This document shows positions 39,142 to 50,764 of a stretch of 64,000 nucleotides of DNA, in pieces. A program made the translations under genes and the position numbers. How positions within the stretch are numbered: the stretch's first letter is position 1; each line of letters starts with the position of its first letter. Origin of the DNA: Parasitella parasitica NRRL 2501 (taxonomy: Eukaryota; Fungi; Mucoromycota); the NCBI GenBank assembly GCA_025201805.1, contig MU619253.1, forward strand, positions 2,202-66,201, written 5' to 3'. The notes beneath the pieces were generated by a model. It ran no database searches. It was not told the origin of the DNA and was given only the letters and a program-made list of their open reading frames with translations.

Positions 39142-39781
39142 TTTAAAAATTATAAGAATGTAAAGAAAAAGAAGCTGGACACATGCAGGCCTTTATTTTA
39201 TTTTATTTAATTTTTTTTATTGCTTAGTTAATGCTTTAGTTTTCAATTAAAACCAATGTACGTCATTCTGAGGACATTTGTAAGGTATCGGATTTGTATG
39301 CATAATAAGGTGTATCAATCTGTAATTGGCTAGAATTGAAGCTGGCAACCATATGTAGGTATCGATCAGCAGCGATGCTCACTATAGATCTGATGTCGAC
39401 ATCATATCACATAGATAAACCATGAGCTCTTTTTTTTGCTTCCCCCACATCGCTTGGTTATACTTTTTTTCTCTTGAATCTGATAGAAGAACTCTATCTT
39501 TGCTTGTAATTCCTTTTTTCCTGATAAATTAAAATAGTAATCGACCAATAAAAAGCATCTAGACCATCATATCTAGGTGATATTCATTGTTTAGAAATTT
39601 GTTTTATTGCCACGAACAAGGCGGAAAAAAAAAAAAAAAAAAAAAAAAAACCATCGTCCGTTGCACAGGGGACAGAATGAATTGTTTTGTTCTCCTTTTT
39701 TTTTTATATAAAATAAGTAACTCTTCTTTCTTTTTTCATTTATTTTTGTTGCGGTTATTACTTATTTAATATAAAAAGCAC

Positions 39782-41182
39782 ATGTCTCAAAGAAACCGGA
39801 ATGTTCTCTCTGGTAAGAAAGCACAAAGCAAGCATGGCTATGTGGAGAGGTTTTTTCGAGTGACACCAACAAGAAATGCTGTATTTATCACAAAACTGTA
39901 TGCGTAAGTAATTTTTGTATACCAAAGAAGGGAGAGGGGAGGGAGCAAGAGCAACAGTAGCAAAAGATGCTGAACAACTGAAATAGCATGGTGGATGATA
40001 ACGAGACAAAAGACCTTATAACATGGACAGGCGCAGGCGACCAATTTACCGTTTTCAATAATGTTGATTTCTCACGACTAGTATTGCCGCGTTATTTCAA
40101 GCACTGCAACTGGTCAAGCTTCGTACGTCAACTAAATAGTAAGTTGCTGTATGATTCTTTGTCATTTTAGCATACTGAATCACATTTAGTGTATGATTTC
40201 CATAAAATCAACGAGCAAAACGAAGAAGAAGGTTCAAACGCCAATACCATCAACCCAAATATCATGAATAACAACAACATTATCAATAACCTTGACAGCA
40301 ATAGCAACAGCAATAGCAACAGCAATAGCAACAGCAACAGCAGTAGCAGTAGCAGTAGCGGTAGCAGCAGCAACAACAGCAGCAACAACAGCAACAGCAA
40401 TAGCAACAGCAACAATATTTTCAGCGAGCATGAACATATGGTGCAGAAATGGGATTTCAAACATCCTTGTTTCACCAAAGCAGGCTATGATAGATTACAT
40501 AAAATTCGGAGAAAGCCACCCAGAAACCGATTGATACCGCAAATGAGATATTCCAACGCAATGGAGCTGGTTGATGACAGCCCTGAAGCAGATCCGGAAG
40601 AAGAGACCTCCTTGCCAACTCCATCTTCGTTACCATCTCAACCTCCGTCTGCATCAGATCCAGCACCGAGCGCAACTCACCCACCCGAAAACCCCGAGGG
40701 AGTGCAATCTCTGGTAAGCCAGTTGCACGATACAACAAGGAGTTTTGAATCCAAATTGGACCACACGTGTAATGAGATCCTGTACTTGAGATCCGTAGTC
40801 GACAATCAGCAAATGGTTGGTTCATCTTACTTCTTACTAAACTGAAAGGGCTAATATGAAAAATGACAGATTCTAAATGAATTATACCACTCGGTTGAAT
40901 ATCTCAAATCAAGGCAGATACAAAAAGACGCAATGAATAACCGCCACACAAACGCTAGCGGCGAGGAAAGCAGAAAGCCGAGAAAGATCCATGAATGTAA
41001 GTCTTAATGTGGATGTCTTGACGGTAAACTAATTTACACCATCAACAGTGCTTGGGATCAATTACGAAACATCTCAGCATCCAGCGCAATTCGATCGGCC
41101 TGAATCCAGCCGCCATACTCATCACCATGAAGACCAAGAGTCTCATGGTAGGCGGAAAAAGCGCTCAAACATTGAGAAATAG
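39782..41182 (+). CDS. HSF-type DNA-binding-domain transcription factor; multi-exon
   Basis: 'FITKLYAMVDD..LITW..F..LVLPRYFKHCNWSSFVRQLNMYDFHK...WDFKHPCF..IRRK' followed by a coiled coil (HR-A/B-like). Confidence 0.88.
40296..40413 (+). repeat. AGC/AAC/AAT/AGT low-complexity repeat encoding a Ser-Asn tract
   Basis: Translated SNSNSNSNSNSNSNSSSSSSSGSSSNNSSNNSNSNSNSN inside the HSF domain. Confidence 0.9.
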
Positions 41183-41683
41183 GCTGTTGTAAAGATTACG
41201 AGGTCCTCACTCTGTTCTTTACAGTTTTGATCGACCAGAGTATATCTGTGCCTTTTAGTCTTTAAAACAACTTACTAGAGGGGGAAAGGAACAATAAAAC
41301 AAACGCTGATACGGAATAATTTGGACTCTAAAAAATCCAATATCTGAAACAAGCCTTAGGCAGCGGATCTCTTGTGAGGGCTATCACCTTTCCTGCTAGA
41401 CGAAAAGGTATGTTTGTCTTAAATATATTTTTCTGTTAGGAAGTTAGGATGATAAGCCCTTGGCAATGTTGGTTCGGTGGCCATTATGGTTTTCTGTGGT
41501 GGATGGATGTGGTGGATGGATAGCAATGCAGGGTTGTTTTTTTTTTTTTACTCGACCAAGAATTGTTTCAAGTCCCACACAAATGAAAGTAACCTCCATT
41601 TTTTATTTCCATTTCTTTTTTTTTTCTTCCATTTTTTAAATAAAAACATATACACACCATATAAAACTATTTAGAAATTTGTC

Positions 41684-42715
41684 ATGCTTGAGTATTTATC
41701 ATCTTTTTTTAATGGAAACACAGACTTCAATGACTCGACAAAGCAACATGGTAATTTTGTGGTTTTTTTTTATAGCGCTATTGTCTGTCTCACGTTAATT
41801 TTGAATAGTTTTTGTAAATGTATACGACATGGTAGAAAATAAGAAAAATAGCTAAAATTCAATTTCCTGACATAACATGTAGATACAACCAAACTACATC
41901 ACACAATTTGGCTATTACGCATTGGGCGTTGGTAAGTTAACACCTGCGACGTTTGATCCATGCAAGGAATAATACCGTAGTATGACATTATAGGAGTCTT
42001 TCATTCAGGCGTAGAAGTAGGAGGGAAGGAATATTGTTTTGGAGGCCACGAAATTCCAAACGTCACTGGTGTATTTGTGATCCAACCAAGAACCGGTATA
42101 CCTGAACTATCGCTCAAGTGAGCTTATGCGTAGTCTTACATTTGGAGGGCGTAGTCTGACATTGGCTTGTATAGGCAGACGTTCGATATAGGAGCCACGG
42201 ACTTGTCAGTCAAAGAAATTGAGGACTTACTGTTGCAGTTATCGGATGAATTCACGGGGCCCTCGTACAACCTGCTAACAAGAAACTGCAATCATTTTAC
42301 CGAAGAACTTGTCATGAAATTGACCCAAAAGACAATACCAGCATGGATCAACCGTGCTGCAAAGTTAGGAAACATGTTTCCCTGTGTAGTGCCTTGGGAA
42401 TGGATCCAACCTCCTGAATTTTCAGAGGAGGCAGAAGAAGAAGTACTTGAAAACGATCAAAGTGAAGAAGTAGAAGATTATGACGATGCTGATGAGGAGA
42501 ACATACATTCAAGGAGATCCTCGACCATCTCGTTATTATCTAGTAGACGAACTAGGTCAGATTATACTTATAGCCATGAAGGTAGAAACAGTAGCCAAGA
42601 AAGGTTAATAATTGGCGGTCATGGTGGTGTAATATACCATCCGCCCATCACTAAATTCCAAGGCGTCATCTATGGCCTTGAAGATCCCTCGTCCCCAGCA
42701 TCATCTTCAGCGTAG
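41684..42715 (+). CDS. PPPDE/DeSI-family desumoylating/deubiquitinating isopeptidase; multi-exon
   Basis: 'VFVNVYDM', 'GVFHSGVEV..EYCFGGH', 'YNLLTRNCNHF' (catalytic His and Cys), 'IPAWINRAA'. Confidence 0.92.
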
Positions 42716-42740
42716 TATTTATTATGGTAATAAAGAGGGT

Positions 42741-43735
42741 TTATTCCTTCTTTCTTTTCAATAGAGTTTGGGGTCCAACGTAAGCTGAATTTTGCAAATA
42801 AGCAGGGTCCATGTCCGATCTTTTGAGGCAAGTCAAGCAAACCTTGATGTTTGCTTTGCCTACCACTGTTTCCAGCCGCTTAGGCAATGGTCTTACTGTC
42901 AATTCAACTACCGGATAGAAAGATAGTGTTGCGTTGGCGTTGTATGGTTCTACAGCAGCTTCGTCGTCTGCAAAACCAGCGAGAGGAGATGTTGAGTAGA
43001 TGAACTCTGACGACTTGGATCCCTTGGGTGGTCTTCCTCGTCTTGGAATAGATTGAATAGATGTTTTGGTAGACGTTTCATCCGCAGGCACTGTGCCATT
43101 TGTGGATAAAATGTATTTTTCTTGGCGGTATAAGCAGTGTTTGGGATGCTCGCATTGACCTAATCGAGTGTTTGATTTTGATGTTCTTTTCTTGATCGTT
43201 TTTAAGCTCTTGCTATTGGTCCTTTTGCTTTTAGTATCCTGTGCCTCTTCTTGTTCCGCCCTCTCTGCTACCACTGTTGCTTGGGCAACATCTAGTTTAG
43301 GAACTAGAAGCATAGATGAGCCCAGGGAAGGCCGTGGTGACGATATAGGCTCGCTAGTGGAAAGTGAGGCCAAAAACGCCATGAATTGAGGGTCATTCAT
43401 GGGATCAACAGCATTATCTCGGGCAGAGCTAGTGTCGCTATGAATAGAAGAGTGATTCAATGCATCCAATAAGCTGCTGTCTATGTAGAGGTATATATAG
43501 TCAGCCTTTTGTAACACATGTGATACAATATGCTATGTATACCACTGGTAAAGCTTAAAATGTCATTATAAAACTCTTGGTATTGAGGTGACATTTGATT
43601 ATAAAAGAGATCGTTGCTGGAGGATGGTATATCGATACTTGTAGACGGCTGTGGGTAACTGTGTTTTGGTCTGGCCTCTTTTTCTTCATGAGAGAGGTTA
43701 GCACCTTGATTAGAGTCTTGGTGCATGTTGGACAT
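42741..43735 (-). CDS. Hypothetical AT-hook protein with a candidate zinc-binding motif; two exons likely
   Basis: AT-hook 'PRRGRPPK', 'CEHPKH' and 'VCLTC', basic C-terminus. Intron at about 43481-43547 links the two ORFs. The start may be 43735 or 43816. Confidence 0.72.
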
Positions 43736-44389
43736 GTCAATATTGCTAATAGCTGCAAAAGGCGTAACTCTGTTTATATATATACCAAAAAATTGATGAA
43801 ATCTTAGCATCACCATAAAAAAAAAAGATTATATGAGACGTTTCCCCCATTTTATCATTCTAAAAGGATCAGTTAAGCCGTTAAATTCAAACGTAAATCA
43901 AGCTGGCATCAAGATTTAATCACTCTGCAATTACACTTTTTTAGATTTGGAATGGAAAATGAGAGAAATATGATTAAATGAAACATAAAAAGGGTTATTT
44001 TTCGCCATTTTACGCAGCAGTTGCTATTGTTGTGATCTAGCGACGTTTTCAAATAATCAAATGGAGCAAGTACTATTGGGTTGTTGGCCTGTTGGTCACA
44101 CATGTCATTATTTCAATTTTCAATAAGGAACTGGTGTAGTGAAGCATACGTATGAATTTACATGTCTCATACGTAATATTCTAACGAACTCAATGAATGT
44201 TCAATGCACAGAGCATCTGGAGCATATTATCTGCTCTACACGCAATAACAATGCGTACTAGTTTTTATGGGCAAAAGCTGTTTTGGTATCCCCCCAAATA
44301 GCAAGCAAACTGCTCAATGCAGGTTTCTTTCATGTATATTTATAGAATTGAACACTTTATTTTATAGGTTTGTGATAAATTGCCACATG

Positions 44390-45805
44390 TCACATTTTGC
44401 TTGTAGACTCATAGGGCTGACAGCTGGGCAATTGCATATCTTTGCAAAATCAGCGCCGCTCTGAGCGACACCATTGACGCGAGCAATATGAAGTGAGTGC
44501 GGATCAGTGCAAATCTACAAATGAGTGCTGAGCAGATTTAGTTTCCAGCCTCAAGCAATCTGCGATTCATGTCTATCTAACCGCACATTGAGAAATCTCC
44601 ATACGGCCTTTCCCACACCAAATACGGCCAAAATTAATATAAAACAATGCTCCCAGCGATAAATGCTCTAAAGCCAGGCAATGATTTTTCTTGCTTTCCA
44701 AGCTTTCTGTATACCGATAGCGCAGCATCAAAAACACCATTATCAGCCAATTTCCCTGCTAGTGTCAACTTGCCGTCGACATACAGTGCAGTATTGGCAG
44801 GATCAGCTACGATAAACTTGGCGTATTGAACGATATGAAGCATTGAATTTTTGCCTTCGAATTTAGCCAAAGTTTCGTTTGTCCACCAATCATCCAAGAT
44901 GCCGCGGCCATTGTATTTTCTGCCAGAACTATCAAAAGCATGCTACATGTCAATGTTAGTACGACATGTACGCATCACTAGCATTCAATGAATGTAACTT
45001 ACAGTGATTTTATGCCCAATAACCACGCCGATACCACCATAATTTAAATAACCAGGGCATGCAGGTATCACGATCTCATCGCCATTTGGCGTATAATAAG
45101 CATTAGCATTTTGAGGAGGCATGAGCAACTAGTCTTTATCAAATTTTTCACCAGCCTTTGTCAATAATTTTTTTTTATCTAACCAAGTAGAGAGAATATT
45201 TTTGGAATCGTAGAGGCTAGTTTTGTTGACGTAAATACCTTGGTAGTATTTCTTTATGGAGAGATGGTGGCCAACTTGACTTCGAAATCGATAAATCTAT
45301 CGACAGCAGCAGCTATCTTTCCGTTAAACCATCTTGAACAGGAAAGAATACAATTTCGATGATTATGTCCTGATAGATGGGAGTGGGCCCTAAAGCGTCG
45401 ATTAGACTTACTATCCAAGCACATTTTGTCAGCTGCTTCTTGATCTTCTCTATGAAAGCCATTTTCCGTACTGATGAGAGACTTGTAGGCGTCTTCATTG
45501 TGTCTTCCAAGATAGATTGTACTATGTCCTTATTTACGTTTCAGGCGGTCTCTATAGTCTCAGTGGCTATAGAAAATTATAATCAGAGGACTTTTACTAC
45601 AAACAAAATACAAACTTTGTTAACGGACATAGTATGCCTTGCAAGCCAACCGCCACCTAACTAAATCATGAAGCTATTAAATTATGTCTAAAACTGACAA
45701 CATACACGTATATTAGTGAAAATTAGAACAGGGATTTACATTGATATTTACATCATCCAGGATTGATTTTGCGATGACAGCATATTGTGGTGTTGAGCAT
45801 ACTGC
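44390..45805 (-). pseudogene. Decayed M13 peptidase copy
   Basis: Colinear remnants of all M13 regions in about 1.4 kb instead of about 2.5 kb. Large internal deletions, frameshifts and stops. HEIT changed to [12 protein letters not shown] changed to GKLADNGV, terminal Trp codon changed to TGA, no start codon found. Confidence 0.9.
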
Positions 45806-46363
45806 TACACTGTTCGCGCCACCTGACAGGGTTCTGGCCTTTTTCTTTTACATAGAAAAAAAGAGTGTCCCCCCCCCCCCTCTAAATCTTTAGGAAAAAT
45901 ACTAAACAGCTGAATGTGCAGATCCATACTTTCTTTGTAGTTTATTTCGGCGAGCACAAGGAAAAGGTTAGGTAAATCACACCACAAGACTTTTTACCTT
46001 CGTACGAAATAGTGTGGCAAATTGCTTTGTATGAATCAAAATCTTCACAGCAAGATAAATTTAAACAATATTGATACATACGCATTCTTTGGCTTGAATC
46101 ACATCATGCTACACGCTTGCCCATGCAAGTGATTCGTATGTTCATTCTCCCAAACTAGTTGTTCTTGGAGCACACGCATTATATACTATATTGTTTAGTC
46201 AAATATAATGACTGTGTCTTTCGACCAAGCTTTAGAAACATTCCAGTGTATATATACTACCAATCGCCTGTATGAACGCAATATTTTGGTTTATTTGAGA
46301 AAGAAAAAACGCATAATATAAATCCCTTCAATGTAGTCATTAATCTTATTCATGGACAACAGA

Positions 46364-48871
46364 TTACCACATCTTGCATTTCGTTTGCGGGTTCATAGGG
46401 CTAGCCGCAGGGCAATTGAATATCTTTGCAAAATCAGCACTGTTCTGGGCCACACCATTGACACGGGCACTATTAGGCGAGTGGGGATCAGTGTAAATCT
46501 ACAAATGTATGGCATACAAATTTAGTTTACAACTTCCAGCGATTCGAGATACATATTTGATTTACCCTTTGTTGTGAATTTTCATCGCGGTTCTTTCCGC
46601 ACCAAACACGACCGAAATTGATGAAAAACAATGCCTCAGGTGACAAGTGCTCTAATCCTGGTAGTGTTTGCTCATCTTTAAGTTTTCTATATGCCGCTAA
46701 TGCAGCTGCAATACCGCCATTGTCAGCCAGGTTTTCCCCTAATGTCAACTTGCCATTGACATTTAATGTGGTGTTACCAGGAACGGGAACATTGAATTTG
46801 GAATACTGATCAACAAAACACTGTGATTGGTCTTCGAATTTGGCAGAAGTGTCGTTTGTCCACCAATCATCCAAGATACCACGGCCATCATATTTTCTGC
46901 CAGAACTATCAAAAGCATGCTACATGTCAATGTTAGTACGACATGTACACATCACTAGCATTCGATGAATGTAACTTACAGTGATTTCATGCCCAATGAC
47001 CATGCCGATACCACCATAATTTAAATAATCAGGGTATGTTGCATCGTAAAACGGAGCCTGCATAATTCCAGCAGGTATCACGATCTCGTTACCATTAGGT
47101 GTATAATAAGCATTAACAGTTTGAGGAGACATTAACCATTCGTCTTTATCTACTTCTTGTCCCGCTTTCGCCCATAATTTTTTGCTAAACCAAGCGCTGA
47201 GTATATTGTCAGTGTCGTAAAAGCTAGTCTCGTTGATGTAAAGACCTTGGAAGTATTTCTCAATGGAGAGAGGTTGTCTCAAATCGGGCGAAACGGTGCT
47301 GTAAGCAACTTTATGGGCAATCAAATTGACCTAGATTGTGTTAATTCAAAATATAATACATCCAACTTTAGAGAAATGATTCACCTTCTCAATGGCTTTA
47401 GCTTTTGTCTGTTCATCAAGCCACTGGAGATCAGGAATACGATCCAGCCAAGCTTTGTGGATGCTGGTCAAGAAAACCTCTGCCTTGTGTCTTTCATTTT
47501 CAGACCCAAACTTCCTGAGAGTGTAATATCTGCCGATAGATTCGGCAAAGCTATTACTAGTGTACTCGGTACAAGCGTCCCAGCGAGGGCGCTCGGCCGT
47601 TGTGCCAGTAGAAGTTGCACTCTTCATTTTCCTGGAAGCTTCGCGAGATGTGGTGTCCAATGCATCGACCTTATTAATAATGAGTGTAATAATAAAGTAT
47701 TCTTGCAAGGTTTTTTCAGTGATATCTCCACTAGAGAGCAATTGGTTAAGTTTTTCAAAATATGAGGGTGTCCTGTTGATGACTGTATCAGGCACCTTGA
47801 TGCCATTAGGGACAAAAGCCTCGAGCATAGTGGTCCAATCGATCAATGGGTTCAGCGATTGGAATTCTGCCAGCTTGACAGGATTGTAATTTTTGATTGG
47901 ATCCTGCATTTCGTCTGATTTCAAGGAGATGTTGGCCACCTTTCTTTCAAAATCAATGAAGCTATCGACAACAGAAGCTATCTTCTTGCTGGACCATCTA
48001 TTGAAATTGTACTTTTTGCTTTCGGTGTCACGTAATGTTGCGTCTTGTGTTCCGTTTGAATATTCACCGATGACTTTTGTCAGGATGTCGATTAAGCCTG
48101 TCTTGTATGCTTCCATTGTTTTGGGAACCTCGTAGTACTCTTTTGAAGGTAAACCAAGAATTCCTTGCCCCAAGAAAATACTATTCATTTCAGGATTCTT
48201 GTCATCGACATCAACAAAAAATGCAGCAAGAGGAAAGATGGAGAGGCCATTAAATTTGGCCAAAGTTTGGCTGAATCGCTCTGTAGTGCTTTTAGAGATT
48301 GCAGCTTTCTGGTCTCGAACGGGGAATAATAAATTTTCAATCATCGCTATATCCTGATAAATGGGAGTAGGTCCTAATGAGTCGATTTGGTCCACATCCA
48401 TGCATAACTTGTAGTATTTCTGCATCGTATCAAAGTTTCGTTTATCAGCTGCTTCTTGGTCTTCTCTATGAAAGCCATCTGCCGTACTAATGAGAGACTT
48501 GTAGGCGTCATCGTAAGTGCCTTCCAAGATGGATCGCATCGTCTCCTTATTTCCGTCGTCGATTGTAGCAAATGTTCCTATAGCTGAGGCAGCGATTAGA
48601 ATCAAATGTAACAGTGTTTCGTATGGACAACATACAACGTTTATCGTCGGGAATAGTGTGCTTTGCAAGCCAGCCACCACCTATGTAAAGCATTAGTTTT
48701 CCAAATGATATTTACAGCAGCTGGCAACGTACAGGTGTACTGGTAGAAATCAGAGCACGGATCCACATTGAAATCCATGTCATCCAGAATGGATTTAGCG
48801 AAAACAGCACACTCTGGTGTCGAACACACTGCTGTGCTATTTATACTACTTGAAAGAGAATTCGTTGCCAT
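46364..48871 (-). CDS. M13 zinc metalloendopeptidase, copy 3; multi-exon
   Basis: Same exon structure and motifs as copy 1: '[11 protein letters not shown]', 'VNAYY', 'HEIT|HAFD', 'GENLADNGG', 'KCKMW*'. Confidence 0.93.
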
Positions 48872-49546
48872 ATCCTCTTTCTGTAATGAAAAGAAAGAAA
48901 AAAAAAAGGAAATAGAGAAAAAGAAAAACGGAGAAGTTGCTTTAAATAGCTAACTAGTGCATGAAATACTCGCTATAATATGCATTCGAAAGCCATGCAA
49001 CAAACCCCTTGAAACCTACGTTTCCGGAGAATGGAAGCATACAAAGCACACAAAAGTATTTGAGGAATAGATTCTGGTCACTTGTAGCAGCTTCCTTTCG
49101 TGCCCAACTTGTGCATGTTATATAGTGGCAATTTTTTTGTAAAAAAAAATATTATCCCCTTACTGAAAACGATCTGCTTTTCCGTTTGTCATTGGTTTCA
49201 AAAGGCCGTAGGTGTTATTGAAAGATCAGCGCACGCAGCTGCTTTCATTGTTTACGTATTTTATGAGATTTTTGTAGTTATACGACACTTTCGATAGCAA
49301 TTTGCATCGGATTTTAGTGATGTGGAATATCAAACTATTTGTGATGATATTACGATATTACAATCTACAAGAACTGAACCCACTGAAATTTATCAAAAAT
49401 GACCTCAAATACAAATACTAAACGTTGTACAGAAACCCCAGGCAACAGCCCTTCTTTCTAAACAAGATACTATACAAGTATTTAATCAAGCAAAGCACCA
49501 AAAGGTTTGTCAGATACAAACTAGCGCCTTTTACTTTAATTTCAAG

Positions 49547-49627
49547 ATGAATCCCCACGAGTTCATAATAGGAGGAGATACAATTGTAATTGATATATAT
49601 GAGAGCTTGTTTCCATACATGCTTTAG
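49547..49627 (+). mobile_element. Possible Merlin/ISXO2(IS1595)-like transposase relic
   Basis: Reads 'MNPHEFIIGGDTIVIDIYESLFPY', resembling the Merlin first-catalytic-Asp motif IGG-x-x-x-VEIDES-x-F with the Asp mutated (GAT>TAT). Short match only. Confidence 0.35.
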
Positions 49628-50199
49628 AAGCAACCAGATATAATAATGAGGTTGCTTTTTCTATTTACTTTCTTTTCGAGACATTCATGAATATTTAATG
49701 AGGACTCTTTTGATGGTTTAAAGTGCATAAAAAACCAAGTATACTTCAATCTTCTTCCTATGGATTCAGTTACCATACATATTATTTCCCGTTTAATAAC
49801 AGAATTGGCTATTGAATAAAATAACTCAAAATATGACCAGCGTGTCTCTTTTTAGTCTAATAGCACACAATCTTGAACATAAATTAAAAGTGATGCTAGA
49901 CTATTTATGTAATAATATCAACAAAAAGATACTCCATCTCTTTCGTTGTTTTCAATTCCCTTCTTGCATTTTGACATCTGATATAATATGCCCATCGTAA
50001 TGCGGGCGCTACGAGGTAAATTTTTTGATTTGCCAAAGAGTACATTACAAAATAAACGCAGTAAATAAAATAGAAATGCCAAAATGTAGAATATCAAGTA
50101 TAGGAAAAGAGACGTACTAATATCACTGGATGCAAAAAAAAAAATGCAAATTTTCGAGCATAGGAATGTATTTACAAGCATAAAAAACTAATGAAATCA

Positions 50200-50425
50200 C
50201 GAATAACAGATTGAACGTTATATAAGCCAAATATGTAGAGGCTTCGGGGAAAAAATCACTAAATCGTGAAACTTGAGAGCAATAAAGCATCTACCTTGCA
50301 TTCCATCCTGGAATATTGAGAGCTGTGGAAATGTATGGCAAAGAGATGTGAACCCTGCACGCAATATCTAGGCTTTGGCGATGAGCAGGATTCATAGTAC
50401 CAAGCTCCCTGAAATATTCCATTAA
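50200..50425 (+). pseudogene. Fanzor/TnpB-like nuclease C-terminal relic (RuvC-II, zinc finger, RuvC-III)
   Basis: Across frameshifts: 'TD/ERYISQICRGFGEK' ... 'LHSILE' / 'ESCGNVWQRDVNPARNI*ALAMSRIHSTKLPEIFH*'. This matches the ordered motifs DE-x-x-TSQ-x-C, C-x-x-C-x-x-x-W-x-RDVNAARNI and the terminal RP-x-x-F. Confidence 0.65.
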
Positions 50426-50764
50426 TCTGAGTATCGAAGGTTAATCCGCATAAATATACTTGGACTTTGGCATTATTACTAACACTCAATTATAGCAATG
50501 TCTTCATTCGTTTCTCTTTTTCTCATTTATTTTCTTGAAACAGACAGTAGTAAAAATTACTCTCAAATAATAAACTCATAGATCAAGCCATGAAATTTAT
50601 CATTCTCGAGTTGAAAGCATTTGCTAATGTTTTATAAAACCTTCGCTAAAATTTTCTTCCAAAAGTTATATTAGTTACTATATATACACATATATACACA
50701 TATATTTATTTCACTCATAGATTTGAATGATTCGGGATCATTGTTGTTTCCAAGTAAAAAAAAA

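Noticed and set aside
40167-40534. Poly-Leu and Ala/Thr/Val-repeat ORFs
   Set aside because: Alternative-frame translations of the Ser/Asn microsatellite in the HSF gene.
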